Positions 38,406-49,587 of a stretch of 64,000 bases of DNA are shown here, in pieces. The position numbers and the translations under genes are program-made. The DNA is from an uncultured cyanobacterium (GTDB lineage: Bacteria; Cyanobacteriota; Cyanobacteriia; Cyanobacteriales; CAWCAG01), in assembly GCA_963793425.1 (NCBI GenBank), contig CAWCAG010000007.1, positions 672,001 through 736,000 of the forward strand, read 5' to 3'. Below the pieces are notes generated by a model. The model was not told where the DNA came from. It saw nothing but the letters and a program-made list of their open reading frames with translations, and did no database searches. Positions within the stretch are counted from its first letter, which is position 1; every line of letters begins with the position of its first letter.

Positions 38406-39806
38406 ATGACAAATGCTCAATATTTATCTGCAAGCCAAACTCAAGGAGAAACCATAGCAGCGATCGCAACGGCAGTAGTTCCTAGTCAGGGTAGTATTGG
38501 TATTGTTCGTTTATCAGGGGCAACAGCTTTAGAGATTGGGAAAAAGATTTTTTTTGCCCCAGGAAAGCAGCAATGGGCAAGTCATCGTCTCCTCTATGGT
38601 TATGTTCGCCATCCCCATAGCCAAGAAACCATTGACGAAGCTTTACTTGCTATTATGCAAGCACCTCGCTCTTTTACTCGTGAGGATGTCATTGAATTTC
38701 ACTGTCATGGAGGGATTATTCCAGTACAGCAAGTATTACAATTATGCTTGGAAGCTGGGGCAAGACTGGCTCAACCGGGAGAATTTACCCTCAGAGCCTT
38801 CCTGAATGGTAGAGTTGATTTAACCCAAGCAGAGGGCATTGCTGACCTAGTTGGGGCAAAATCTCCTCAAGCAGCAAAGATTGCTTTAGCCGGGTTGCAA
38901 GGTAAACTGGCTCAACCAATTCAGAATTTACGGAGTCAGTGCCTGGATGTTTTGGCAGAAGTGGAAGCGAGGATTGACTTTGAAGATGACTTGCCTCCTT
39001 TAAATGAAGAAGAAGTAGTTGCCAGCTTGCAAAGAGTGTTAGAAAAGGTGAAAAGCATCCTCGCTACTTCCCAGCGAGGAGAATTACTTCGCAGTGGCTT
39101 AAAAGTTGCTATTGTTGGTCAACCTAATGTAGGAAAATCTAGTTTATTAAATGCTTGGAGTAGAAGCGATCGCGCCATAGTTACTCCCTTACCTGGCACT
39201 ACCCGCGATGTGGTAGAGTCTCAGTTAGTGGTGGGGGGCATACCTATCCAAGTTTTGGACACAGCAGGAATTCGTGATACAACCGACACTGTAGAACAAA
39301 TTGGGGTGGAGAGATCCCGTCAAGCAGCACAGAATGCTGATTTAATCTTACTTACCATTGATGCACAAGCAGGTTGGCGAATAGAAGATGAAGCAATATA
39401 CCAACCAGTGCAGAATTTACCTGTCATTTTGGTAATTAATAAAACTGACTTAGCTGCTTGCAATCAAGTTGATTATCCTTCCTCAATTAAAATCGTAGTT
39501 AATACCACCGCAGCCCATAACCAAGGTATTGAAGATTTAGAAACAGCAATTCTCCAATCTATCCAAACTGAAAATATCGCTGCCGCCGATACAGATTTAG
39601 CTATTAATCAGCGTCAAGCTGCTGCCTTAATTCGTACTAAACTAGCTTTGGAACAAGTTCAAACAACTATTGACGACAGACTCCCCTTAGATTTTTGGAC
39701 TATCGATCTTAGAAGTGCAATCCAAGCTTTAGGGGAAATAACCGGAGAAGAAGTAACAGAATCAGTATTAGAAAGGATTTTTAGCCGTTTTTGTATCGGT
39801 AAGTAA
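38406..39806 (+). CDS. mnmE: tRNA modification GTPase MnmE
   Basis: [35 protein letters not shown]. Confidence 0.97.
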   Translation: MTNAQYLSASQTQGETIAAIATAVVPSQGSIGIVRLSGATALEIGKKIFFAPGKQQWASHRLLYGYVRHPHSQETIDEALLAIMQAPRSFTREDVIEFHCHGGIIPVQQVLQLCLEAGARLAQPGEFTLRAFLNGRVDLTQAEGIADLVGAKSPQAAKIALAGLQGKLAQPIQNLRSQCLDVLAEVEARIDFEDDLPPLNEEEVVASLQRVLEKVKSILATSQRGELLRSGLKVAIVGQPNVGKSSLLNAWSRSDRAIVTPLPGTTRDVVESQLVVGGIPIQVLDTAGIRDTTDTVEQIGVERSRQAAQNADLILLTIDAQAGWRIEDEAIYQPVQNLPVILVINKTDLAACNQVDYPSSIKIVVNTTAAHNQGIEDLETAILQSIQTENIAAADTDLAINQRQAAALIRTKLALEQVQTTIDDRLPLDFWTIDLRSAIQALGEITGEEVTESVLERIFSRFCIGK

Positions 39807-39862
39807 ATTAAACTCTTTAGAATAGGTAATAGATAAAGAATGCACTGTTCCCTTATTTCAGC

Positions 39863-40630
39863 TTAACGGAAATTATCAGGATTCAAAGTACGGCCAGGAG
39901 AAGACTCTTGGGAAGTGCCAGGACGTAACATTGTACCTGTACCGCCATCGTTGTAATCTAGATAAGGCTTAAGGTTAATGCCTCTACTGCCTGCATTGTT
40001 GTTACCCCCCAAAGTAGATAAATCTACACCAAGAAGATCCCCGACAGGGTTCAACCAATCGTTATTACCATTTCCTGTATAGGTATTCACTCCTTGGGTT
40101 GACTGGCCGCTATCAGCAACCGTAAGGTTTTCAAAAACCAAATCCCGCACTACTTCAGGATTTTTGCCAGGAGGTACGGTTAAGACAATGCGACAATCTG
40201 GTTCTACTTCTGTGGTGATACAAAGAACATCATAGTTGTTTTCTACCCCTGTGGTTAACTCCACTAAACCATCAGGGCGGTAAGACTCCAAACGACTGGT
40301 AATTGCTTCGCAGCGTTTTTGAGGACTCCAACCCCCTCCCATTTGGGCAGGAATAGCCCAAGAATAGGATTCTCCGGGTTGACTTTCAGGGTTATACATA
40401 ACTGTATACTGCCCCTGGTAAACTTCACAGGTAAAACGAACCCCAGTTGTATTGCTTCCGGATTCCGTCGTTTGAGGATCAGTGTCAATAACCACATCAG
40501 GAGGGGCTTGACTAAGAAGCATTTCTGCACCTGTACTACCACTTAAAAAAGCAATGCCACCAACAGAGAAAGTAATGGCTTTTAAGCTAAGGAGAAATAT
40601 TTTTTTTGTTTTAGATATTAATAGCAACAT
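39863..40630 (-). CDS. COP23-domain protein
   Basis: Signal peptide; RFTC...GGGWSPQKRC..I..RL..Y..ENNYDVLC. Confidence 0.8.
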   Translation of the reverse strand: MLLLISKTKKIFLLSLKAITFSVGGIAFLSGSTGAEMLLSQAPPDVVIDTDPQTTESGSNTTGVRFTCEVYQGQYTVMYNPESQPGESYSWAIPAQMGGGWSPQKRCEAITSRLESYRPDGLVELTTGVENNYDVLCITTEVEPDCRIVLTVPPGKNPEVVRDLVFENLTVADSGQSTQGVNTYTGNGNNDWLNPVGDLLGVDLSTLGGNNNAGSRGINLKPYLDYNDGGTGTMLRPGTSQESSPGRTLNPDNFR

Positions 40631-40923
40631 AGGAATTATTTTTTTAGTGAAAAGATTAACTTGTAAGTTCGACTAACTAAAAACAATGGCAATCTCTGGT
40701 TTGATCAAATCAAGCCTTAAAATCTCCAAGACTTTTTTTACTCTGAATTGTTCCTTTCTAGATTGGTTTTTTCGATTGCTCAGTAGATACTTAGCGACTA
40801 AAAGCGACACTATTCGGGAATCACTCTCCAAAAAGAAGTCTATCGATAGGTATAAATTCTTACCCTTTACAGAAAATTTAATTAAGAATAGGACAGTTAC
40901 TTAAACAATCAAGATACCTGTAA

Positions 40924-42660
40924 ATGAAAAATTTGACTGTCACCAACACAGCAGATAAAGGAAAAGGTTCTCTGCGAGAGACAATCAACAACGCTAAATC
41001 AGGAGATACAATTATATTTGCTTCTAGTTTGGCTAACAAAACAATTGAGATTGGCAGGCTTAGGTTTAATATTGATAAGGATCTAATCATAGATGGAAGC
41101 AATGCCCCTGGCTTAACTATTAGTGGTGGGAAAAAGAATCAAATATTTCGTTTGCAAGGAAATAACAGAGAATTTAACCTGCGTAATGTTTCCTTGGTTG
41201 ATGGCTTTGCTAATGGCCCTGGGGCCGCTATTTGGGCCTCTAATTCTCAAGCCAAAATAGAAGTAGAAAATGTTGTTTTTGCTAACAATGTTTCCCGTGT
41301 AGGAAGTGCTATTTGGGCTAAGGATGGGGCTAAAGTTACGGTAATTGATAGTCAATTTAATGGTAACAAAGCTACCAAGACAGCCTCTGATATTGCAGCA
41401 GGAGCGATCGCAGTTTTTGATAAAAGTGAACTGGTGGTTGAAGGTAGCAAGTTTGTTAACAATCAAGGAGATGCTGGAGGGGCGATTAGTACTGTCTTTA
41501 CGGAAGTAACAATTGAAGACTCTCAGTTTATTAATAACAAAAGTAGAAGATTTAGTGGTGCAGTTAATATTGATGGGGCTAGTATTCCTAAGCAAGGGCG
41601 CTATAACCCAAGCAAGCGAAGCGGAGATGGAGAAAAAGGGACTATTGTCCTAAACAATAACTTATTTGAGAGGAACCAGGCTACAGGCTCTGGCGGCGGT
41701 TTAACAGTTTGGGGTTACGATCAAGATTTGGTTTTAATTAATAACAATACAATTGTTAATAACAAAGTCTATAAGAGTTCTAGCGGGGAAGCAAGAGGAG
41801 GAGGATTACGGGTAACCGGTTTTGTTACTATCAAAAACTCCACCATTGCTAATAATGAGTCGGAGCAAAATGGTGGGGGTTTATGGTATCAAGGAGAAGT
41901 TCCCATCAAAGTCATTAACAGCAAATTTGATGGCAATAAAGCGCAGCAATTCGGTGGAGCTATTTATAACGGACAATGGGGTAGCGAAACTACCATTGAA
42001 GATACAGAATTTACAGGAAACTGGGCAGGGCAAGAAGCAGGAGCTATTTATACAGTAAAGAATCAACCTATTACCATTGAAGATTCTATTTTTGAGGATA
42101 ATGAAGCCAGCATAGCTGCCACGAAAAACTCGAACTATGAAGTTATCCGGAAAGCTAGCGATAAGTTTTTGCTAACAGAAGAAAATATTCTTTATCAAAG
42201 CGATCGCCGAGAAGATAAATTTACTGGAGGGGAGGGGGATGATTTTCTTATAGGAAGTGGTGGCAATGATACCTTGCTTGGGCAGGGAGGTAACGACACC
42301 CTCAAAGGAGATAGCGGTAAAAATATTCTCAATGGCGGCTCAGGTAATGATCGCTTCATCGGTGGTACAGGAGAAGATATCTTTATTGGAGGTTCAGGCG
42401 CTGACAAGTATATCCTTGGTGATCGTGGGGGTAGTTTTTACAGCAAGACTCGTAACCAAGATCAAGCTGTTATTAGGGATTTCGATCTCGATGAAGATAC
42501 CATTCAACTCAGTGGCAAGCCTTCTGATTACAGTTTAGGCTCTATTACTGTAGGTAAGCACTCAGGTACAGGGATTTTCGGTAAAAATCTCATTGCTGTG
42601 GTAGCAGATGTAGCCCCCAAAGATTTTAATCTCAAAGCTGATTATGTTGATTATGTTTAG
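40924..42660 (+). CDS. Beta-helix (Pmp-like GGAI repeats) protein with RTX-type Ca-binding repeats
   Basis: VTNTADKGKGSLRE; FxxN..GGAI repeats; GGxGxD nonapeptides; DF....D.IQL.G. Confidence 0.8.
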   Translation: MKNLTVTNTADKGKGSLRETINNAKSGDTIIFASSLANKTIEIGRLRFNIDKDLIIDGSNAPGLTISGGKKNQIFRLQGNNREFNLRNVSLVDGFANGPGAAIWASNSQAKIEVENVVFANNVSRVGSAIWAKDGAKVTVIDSQFNGNKATKTASDIAAGAIAVFDKSELVVEGSKFVNNQGDAGGAISTVFTEVTIEDSQFINNKSRRFSGAVNIDGASIPKQGRYNPSKRSGDGEKGTIVLNNNLFERNQATGSGGGLTVWGYDQDLVLINNNTIVNNKVYKSSSGEARGGGLRVTGFVTIKNSTIANNESEQNGGGLWYQGEVPIKVINSKFDGNKAQQFGGAIYNGQWGSETTIEDTEFTGNWAGQEAGAIYTVKNQPITIEDSIFEDNEASIAATKNSNYEVIRKASDKFLLTEENILYQSDRREDKFTGGEGDDFLIGSGGNDTLLGQGGNDTLKGDSGKNILNGGSGNDRFIGGTGEDIFIGGSGADKYILGDRGGSFYSKTRNQDQAVIRDFDLDEDTIQLSGKPSDYSLGSITVGKHSGTGIFGKNLIAVVADVAPKDFNLKADYVDYV

Positions 42661-42715
42661 GACTAGAGAATGAAGCGATCGCCCCAGTCTTAAACTATAA
42701 GAAATACTTAGTATC

Positions 42716-42756
42716 AAAAGTCAGTATAAGAAAAGACTCTTCACTGACTTTTTTTT
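42716..42756 (+). terminator. Putative intrinsic terminator
   Basis: AAAAGTCAGT...ACTGACTTTT stem followed by a T-run. Confidence 0.55.
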
Positions 42757-43206
42757 GCTTCTTAGTTTTCTGATGTCTTATGATCTTCTACCTATCTTGG
42801 CAGAAGAGATGATTACAGACCTTAGCCTAGAGGAAAACAAAATTTGTGTTATAATAATCTCAGCAGATAAAATTCAATCTCAACTAAAAAAAATATTCTT
42901 TCGGAGCGGGGTAGGGAGCTTTCTTAAAACGGGCATGGAAGGCAAACATCTACCCTGAGAACTTTTAGCCAGAATTACTCAATAGATATCTCCGGGAATC
43001 AAAAACCAAATCAATTCTTACCACCGTAGCCTAACGGCAATCATAAGCGCTAACCCTCTTTTCCACCAGATATCTAACAATTCATCACTCAATTTAGCAA
43101 CGCCAATTATAATTTTTTTGTCATCTCAGTAACAAACTCCAATTCTTAGCGCATACTTAAGCAACATTGTTTCATTTTTGCTAGAAATTTTAGTAGTAAC
43201 TTAGTC

Positions 43207-45393
43207 GTGGCAACCAAATCTCTATCTTCATTAATTCCTTGGATTAAGTCTCTATGCTTAGGCATAGCCTTCACCTCGTTTACCTTTCCTACTTTTGCTC
43301 AACCGATTACTACAGCAGAAGATGGTACGGGAACAATCATTAATATTGAAGGTAATTTGATCACCATCCAAGGTGGCTCTCTTTCCGGAGATGGACAAAA
43401 CTTATTTCACAGTTTTCAAACTTTTGGGCTTAGTGCCGAACAGATTGCCAATTTCCTCACTAATCCTCAAATTAATAATATCTTGGGTCGGGTTGTTGGG
43501 GGTGATCCTTCTTTAATTAACGGTTTAATTCAGGTTATGGGGGGCGACTCTAACTTATATTTGATGAATCCAGCCGGAATAGTTTTTGGTGCAGGGGCAA
43601 GTTTGAATGTACCTGGAGACTTTACCGCTACTACGGCAACGGGTATTGGTTTTGGTGATCATGGCTGGTTTAACACTTTCGGCAGCACTGATTACAGTAG
43701 TTTAATTGGCAATCCTGGGGATTTTGCTTTTGATTTAGCCCAACCTGGAACCATTATTAATGGTGGGGATTTGAGAGTTAGTGAAGGCAATAATATTACC
43801 CTTTTGGGTAACAATGCCCTTAACACCGGAACCATAACTGCACCGGAAGGCACTATTACCATTGCGGCTGTACCAGGAACAAGTCGCATCCGCATTTCTC
43901 AACCAGGACAGTTATTAAGCTTAGAAATTGAACCACCCAGAGATACTAACGGGGCTGTTATTCCCTTCACTCCTTTAGATTTGCCAGGATTATTAGCGAC
44001 AACTCCGACTAACTTCGCTACAGGGTTGACGGTTAATGGAGATGGACAGGTTATTCTGCAAGGTATTAATGTTGCTGATGCTAGTACAAAAGAAACAACC
44101 ATTGTTTTTGGGCAGCTTAATGCAGCCTCGGCAACAGGGCAAGGTGGGGAAATCAACTTGTTGGGGCAGCAAGTAGGAACTATTGATGCAGAGATTGATG
44201 CTTCAGGAAGTGAAGGTGGTGGGCAAATACGCATTGGTGGAGATTATCAAGGTAAAGGGACAATCCCTAATGCTCAACAAACCTTTGTTAATCAAAATAC
44301 TAACATCCTTGCGGATGGAACACAAACGGGAAACGGGGGGCGTATTATTGTCTGGGGGGATGATAATACCCAATTTTGGGGAAACATTAGCGCCACTGGA
44401 GGAATGCAAAGTGGTGATGGTGGATTTGTTGAAGTTAGTGGCAGAAAAAATCTTCTTTTTCAAGGTACAGTAGATACTTCAGCAGAATTTGGAGAGAATG
44501 GCACTTTATTATTAGATCCTACAGATATTAACATTGTTGCGGGAGCAACTAACCCAGGTAACGCTGGGGATGGGATTTGGGCTTTTGCAGAAGATGCCAT
44601 GGGAACTCAAAGTATTGGTGCGGATGCCATTGCAACTCTCCTCAATAGCAATGACCTTATTTTACAAGCTACCAATGATATTAATGTTGATAGTTCCGTT
44701 AACTATACAGGCCCAACTAATCGGGCTTTAACTTTAGAAGCTGGTAACTCAATTATCTTTGCTAACAGTGCCATCATTGCATCTACATTAGCAGCTTTGG
44801 ATGTTACTCTTGATGCTGGGACAGGAGAGATTTCTTTAGGTACAAGTGCTAGGGTGAGTTCTAACGGGGGTAACATCACCTTAGATAGCGACAACACTAT
44901 CGATACTAGTAATGGTATACTCCTCAGTAATTCTCGTACTGGCGGTGGTAATATTCTACTTAATGCAGTTGGCAATATTGATGCAGGTACTATTCTAAGT
45001 ACAGCTAGTGTTTCTGGGCAATCTGGTTCCATCACCTTAAATAGCACTGGAGGAAGCATTAACGCTTCAGGAAGGATTGATGCTTCTTCTCTTGATACAG
45101 CAGATGCTAATAATATTACTATAACTGCTAACAATGATGTAAATATATTATTAGGATCAGCCTTTGTTGATAGTTCCGCGAATGGATCTGGTGCAGCAGG
45201 CAATGCAGGAAATGTTGCAATTAGGAGTCGAACCGGGCAAATTGATACATTGGAATTAGTGCTGAGTCTTTACGGGATAATAGTTCAGGAGGCGATGTTA
45301 CCCTTACTGCGGCTTTTGGTATTACGACAACAAATATCTTCTCCTCAACAGACTCAGATACTTCTGCTGGGCAAGGAGGGGCTGTTGCCTTAA
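43207..45393 (+). CDS. N-terminal part of a second TPS (haemagglutinin-domain) CHAT exoprotein; frameshift near 45250
   Basis: Signal peptide, [37 protein letters not shown]. Confidence 0.85.
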   Translation: MATKSLSSLIPWIKSLCLGIAFTSFTFPTFAQPITTAEDGTGTIINIEGNLITIQGGSLSGDGQNLFHSFQTFGLSAEQIANFLTNPQINNILGRVVGGDPSLINGLIQVMGGDSNLYLMNPAGIVFGAGASLNVPGDFTATTATGIGFGDHGWFNTFGSTDYSSLIGNPGDFAFDLAQPGTIINGGDLRVSEGNNITLLGNNALNTGTITAPEGTITIAAVPGTSRIRISQPGQLLSLEIEPPRDTNGAVIPFTPLDLPGLLATTPTNFATGLTVNGDGQVILQGINVADASTKETTIVFGQLNAASATGQGGEINLLGQQVGTIDAEIDASGSEGGGQIRIGGDYQGKGTIPNAQQTFVNQNTNILADGTQTGNGGRIIVWGDDNTQFWGNISATGGMQSGDGGFVEVSGRKNLLFQGTVDTSAEFGENGTLLLDPTDINIVAGATNPGNAGDGIWAFAEDAMGTQSIGADAIATLLNSNDLILQATNDINVDSSVNYTGPTNRALTLEAGNSIIFANSAIIASTLAALDVTLDAGTGEISLGTSARVSSNGGNITLDSDNTIDTSNGILLSNSRTGGGNILLNAVGNIDAGTILSTASVSGQSGSITLNSTGGSINASGRIDASSLDTADANNITITANNDVNILLGSAFVDSSANGSGAAGNAGNVAIRSRTGQIDTLELVLSLYGIIVQEAMLPLLRLLVLRQQISSPQQTQILLLGKEGLLP

Positions 45394-47123
45394 GTACAAC
45401 CAATGGTAGCATTAACTTAACATCAATAATATCTCGTTCCCGCTCTAGACCCGGGAATGCCAGGGATGGTGGTTCAGTTACAGCAGTAGCTAATAATGGT
45501 GATGTTAATATTAGTAGTATCCTTTCAGGTTCTTATACACCAACATCTTCAACAGGAACTTCTGGTGACGGTGGTTCAATTCGCTTACAAAGTGGCAGAG
45601 AGATTAGCATTGCCAATAGAATAGACTCATCATCCTTTGCTGCTACTAATGCTGGGACTGGCGGAGAAATTATTCTCCAAGCTCCTGATAGAATTACTGT
45701 TCAGGAAGTTAATACTATTATAAATGATGTCGATCCTGCGGTTAGGGCTTCAGTCACTTCCAACTATGGCGATATCAGCTTAACAGCCGATGAAATTGAC
45801 TTCACTGGGGGCAATAATCAAGTTATTGGCGAAGGTGCAATCACCTTGCAAACTTTTAATGCTACTCAAGCAATTGCTGTCGGCAATGCCGCAGACACAG
45901 CAGCTTTAGACATAACCCAGCAAGACTTAGATGCTTTAGCCACTGGTTTTAGTTCCATCACCATCGGTAGGGATAATGGTAGCGGCACTTTAACTGTCCC
46001 CGGAGATATTGAATTTTCTGACCCTATTACCCTGCGATCGCCCTTGGGTACAATCAATACCACAGGTACAACTCTATCAGGTACAGACGATGCCACCATT
46101 AACCTAGAAGCAAATCAAATACTACTGGGTAATTTGGTTAATCCTGGTCGCGATATTTCCCTAACTAGCAACGATGCTATTAACATCAACACTAGCACCG
46201 TTGATAGTAGTTCTGCCAATGGGGGAGGTGATATTAATATTAATACTGTTAATGATATTACCGTTGGTGATCTTAACTCTAGTGGCGGTGTGGATGCAGG
46301 AGGAAACATCAACCTAACCAGTAGCAATGGGGGGATTACTACAGGCAATCTCACCTCTTCCGGAAATAGCGCAGGGGGAGATATTAATGTTAGAGCTAGC
46401 ACTCAAATCACCACCCAAGCAATCGACTCTAGTAGCAATTCTGGTAAAGGAGGAGACGTTCTTCTCGATCCTAGTGGCGACATTCAAGTTGGTTCCATCA
46501 ATACCCAAGGAGGCACTGTAGGAGGTTCTGTAGATATTACTACAGAAAGCAACTTCCGAGCCACAGATACCTTTACGGCTAATGGTTTGCCCACAAGTAT
46601 TTTCAGCTATGGCCCCACCCAAAGCGGAGATATTACCATTCGCCATGGTGGTGACGGTGTTGTACCTTTTGTGGTGGGAGATGCGATAACCAATGGCACA
46701 GCAGGGGCTATATCTAGTGGGGACTTTGCCATACTTCCGCCCCAGTCTTACCTCTTTACCCAGCAACGGGGTAACATCCAAATTATTAGTACCGATGCCC
46801 CTAATCAAAATCCTCCAAATCTGGATCTTGCTGCTATCGACTCTTTGATTAGGAATCTGTTTGGTTTTGATCCTAATCTGCGTTCCTTAGAAGGAGTAGT
46901 AATTAACTTTCCCTTGGAAAAAGGTAAAATTCTGAATCTTCCCATTGAAAACACAGTCACAGAATTAGAATCTCAATTAACCGAGGAGTTTGAGCAACAT
47001 CTGGGTTTAAGTGGTACTTCTACCCTGAATTTAGAAAAGATTCAAGCTACCCTCAAAGAAATTGCCGCAACTACCAAAAGTCAACCCGCCGTTATATACG
47101 TTTTTTTTGCCCCAGTACATTAG
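45252..47123 (+). CDS. Middle beta-helix part of the second TPS-CHAT exoprotein
   Basis: Frame of the 45846 ORF is open back to ~45252 ([18 protein letters not shown]...); GGDI repeats; ends [10 protein letters not shown] just before the CHAT domain. Confidence 0.75.
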   Translation, partial: GISAESLRDNSSGGDVTLTAAFGITTTNIFSSTDSDTSAGQGGAVALSTTNGSINLTSIISRSRSRPGNARDGGSVTAVANNGDVNISSILSGSYTPTSSTGTSGDGGSIRLQSGREISIANRIDSSSFAATNAGTGGEIILQAPDRITVQEVNTIINDVDPAVRASVTSNYGDISLTADEIDFTGGNNQVIGEGAITLQTFNATQAIAVGNAADTAALDITQQDLDALATGFSSITIGRDNGSGTLTVPGDIEFSDPITLRSPLGTINTTGTTLSGTDDATINLEANQILLGNLVNPGRDISLTSNDAININTSTVDSSSANGGGDININTVNDITVGDLNSSGGVDAGGNINLTSSNGGITTGNLTSSGNSAGGDINVRASTQITTQAIDSSSNSGKGGDVLLDPSGDIQVGSINTQGGTVGGSVDITTESNFRATDTFTANGLPTSIFSYGPTQSGDITIRHGGDGVVPFVVGDAITNGTAGAISSGDFAILPPQSYLFTQQRGNIQIISTDAPNQNPPNLDLAAIDSLIRNLFGFDPNLRSLEGVVINFPLEKGKILNLPIENTVTELESQLTEEFEQHLGLSGTSTLNLEKIQATLKEIAATTKSQPAVIYVFFAPVH

Positions 47124-47167
47124 CCTCAACAGGCAGTAAGCAATTCACCAATCAATTAGAACTAATT

Positions 47168-48175
47168 TTGGTCACTGCTTCCGGGCAACCCATTCGTAAA
47201 CAAGTGAGTATTCCTCAAAAAGAAGTTTTGCGAGTAGCCAATGAATTACGAAGTAGCATAACCAATTTTAATCGACCGAAAGGTTATCAGATTCCTGCCC
47301 AAAAAATGTATAACTGGTTAATTACTCCCTTAGAAGCAGACTTACAAGCGCAAGGACTGGATCATCTTGTGTTCATTATGCCAACCAACCTGCGTTCTAT
47401 CCCCTTGGCAGCCCTCCATGATGGTCAAAATTTTGTGATCGAGAAGTATGGGGTTAGTTTAATGCCTAGTCTTTCTTTAACAGACAGTCGCTATAGAGAT
47501 ATTAGTAATGCTAATGTTTTGGCTATGGGGGCAGCAGAATTCACCAATGCTCAACCCCTCCCAGCGGTTCCTGTAGAATTAAAAGCGATCGCCGGAAATT
47601 TATGGCCAGGGGATTTTTTTCTTAACCAAGATTTTACCCTCAAAAGTATGCAAACTGCCCGCCATCGCAAACAGTATGGCATTGTCCATTTAGCAACCCA
47701 CGGCGAATTTAAACCGGGAGAGTTGAAAAATTCCTACATTCAATTATGGGATAGGAAACTCTCCCTTGCTCAATTATCTAGCTTGGAATTACATAAACCT
47801 CCCCTTAACTTGCTAGTTTTAAGTGCCTGTAACACTGCTTTAGGAGATGCTCAGTCTGAATTGGGTTTTGCTGGTTTAGCGGTTTTAGCTGGGGTGAAAT
47901 CTGCCCTTGGCAGCCTCTGGTATGTTAGTGATGAAGGTACTGTAGCTTTGATGACAAATTTCTATGGTCAACTGCGGAATACCTCAGTTAAAGTAGAAGC
48001 CTTGCGCCAAGCCCAGTTGGCGATGGTGCGGGGAGAATCGAGAATAGTTAATGGGCAAATCACAACCCCTCAAGGTAATTTTTCCCTGCCCCTAGAGTTA
48101 GCCAAGATGGGAGATACAGATTTAACTCATCCTTACTATTGGAGTTCATTTACTTTAATTGGTAGCCCTTGGTAA
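47168..48175 (+). CDS. CHAT protease domain (C-terminal part of the second exoprotein)
   Basis: HLATHG, LSACNTA, SLWYVSD, HPYYWS; frame extends upstream as [20 protein letters not shown]. Confidence 0.85.
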   Translation: MVTASGQPIRKQVSIPQKEVLRVANELRSSITNFNRPKGYQIPAQKMYNWLITPLEADLQAQGLDHLVFIMPTNLRSIPLAALHDGQNFVIEKYGVSLMPSLSLTDSRYRDISNANVLAMGAAEFTNAQPLPAVPVELKAIAGNLWPGDFFLNQDFTLKSMQTARHRKQYGIVHLATHGEFKPGELKNSYIQLWDRKLSLAQLSSLELHKPPLNLLVLSACNTALGDAQSELGFAGLAVLAGVKSALGSLWYVSDEGTVALMTNFYGQLRNTSVKVEALRQAQLAMVRGESRIVNGQITTPQGNFSLPLELAKMGDTDLTHPYYWSSFTLIGSPW

Positions 48176-48189
48176 TCATCTTGTGGGCA

Positions 48190-48441
48190 TCACTGTTGAA
48201 ACGGTTCTTGCCCAATTCCTAATTGCTTCTTAGTTCGCTTAAGCTCTTTCCAAAGTCCCTTAATTTTTTTATAAGACTCTTCTGGGGAAATTTTCCCCCC
48301 TGTTTCTAAGTTACAAATTACATTCACTTGTTGAGAAAACTCTTGTAAATTAGCGTTGAATACTAAATTTTCTGGCTTTACTTGACCGTAATAACGACTA
48401 CGCGGATTGAAAAAATTATATTTATCTGTTCTTTTAGCCAT
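48190..48441 (-). CDS. Conserved small cyanobacterial hypothetical protein
   Basis: FF.PRSRYYG..KPENLVFNANLQEF...ICNLETGGKISPEESY motif. Confidence 0.8.
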   Translation of the reverse strand: MAKRTDKYNFFNPRSRYYGQVKPENLVFNANLQEFSQQVNVICNLETGGKISPEESYKKIKGLWKELKRTKKQLGIGQEPFQQ

Positions 48442-48780
48442 ACTAAAAATCTCCTTATTTAGTTTATATAAAAGTTCTGAATCTATTTTTTCGTGAAGAG
48501 AGTTAGTCTTATCAACCTTTATAACCTAATTGGGATCGCTATTTTGTGATCAAGGAGCAGACTAGCTGTAAGATAGCTACGGCAAAAGGAAAATTTCGGT
48601 AGGGAAGGAGCGAGAATTCAGATAATTCTTGCTTCTGGTTGAATAGTCTATCTACTATCATCTTAACCTGAGCTTAACCAAAAACCGCAATAAGTCCAGA
48701 GAGGGATATTAAATTAATAACATTAGAGCAAGTCGTGAAGAGGGATAATCATACAGATTGTCTGAAGCAGTGTTTATTTT

Positions 48781-49518
48781 ATGTCACCAGCAAAAAAACT
48801 TTATGAAGGCAAAGCCAAAATCATTTACTCTACTGAAGAACCAGAAGTTTTGCTGACGTTTTTCAAAGATGATGCTACGGCCTTTAATGCCCAGAAAAAA
48901 GGACAAATTCGCGGCAAAGGCGAAGTTAACTGCTCTATCTCTGCGGCTTTGTTCAAATATCTCGAAGAAAAGGGCATTCCTACCCACTATATCGAACAAG
49001 TTTCTCCTTTAGAAATGCGAGTCCGGGCTGTAAAAATCATTCCAGTGGAAGTTGTAGTTAGGAACATTGCAGCAGGTAGTCTCTGTCAACAGACTGGATT
49101 GCCTTTAGGCAAAGTATTATTATCTCCCTTGGTAGAGTTTTATCTTAAAGACGATGCTCTAGGAGATCCTTTATTAACCAGAGATCGCTTGCTGCTTTTG
49201 GAACTAGCAACTCCTGAACAGCTAGAAGAACTTAAAACTATGGCTTTGGCAATTAATCAACATCTTCAAGAGTTCTTTCAAGGTTGTGACCTAACCTTAG
49301 TCGATTTCAAACTGGAATTTGGCTGGGATTCCCAGAACAAATTGCTATTAGCAGACGAAATTAGTCCAGATACTTGTCGTCTTTGGCAACAAGGCGAAAA
49401 AGATCCCCAAGCTAGGGTCATGGATAAAGATAGATTCCGCCGTGATCTTGGTCAAGTAGAATCTGCCTATCGCCAAGTTTGGGAGAGAGTCAAAAGTAGG
49501 AGTAATGTTGATGGCTAA
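48781..49518 (+). CDS. purC: SAICAR synthetase
   Basis: LYEGKAK, FKDDATAFN, DFKLEFG, ADEISPDTCRLW, DKDRFR. Confidence 0.97.
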   Translation: MSPAKKLYEGKAKIIYSTEEPEVLLTFFKDDATAFNAQKKGQIRGKGEVNCSISAALFKYLEEKGIPTHYIEQVSPLEMRVRAVKIIPVEVVVRNIAAGSLCQQTGLPLGKVLLSPLVEFYLKDDALGDPLLTRDRLLLLELATPEQLEELKTMALAINQHLQEFFQGCDLTLVDFKLEFGWDSQNKLLLADEISPDTCRLWQQGEKDPQARVMDKDRFRRDLGQVESAYRQVWERVKSRSNVDG

Positions 49519-49587
49519 TAGTGGGCATGACAACTAATCCCAAACAATTTACCCTTAACAATTAACCCAATTAGTTTTATTCGGTGT

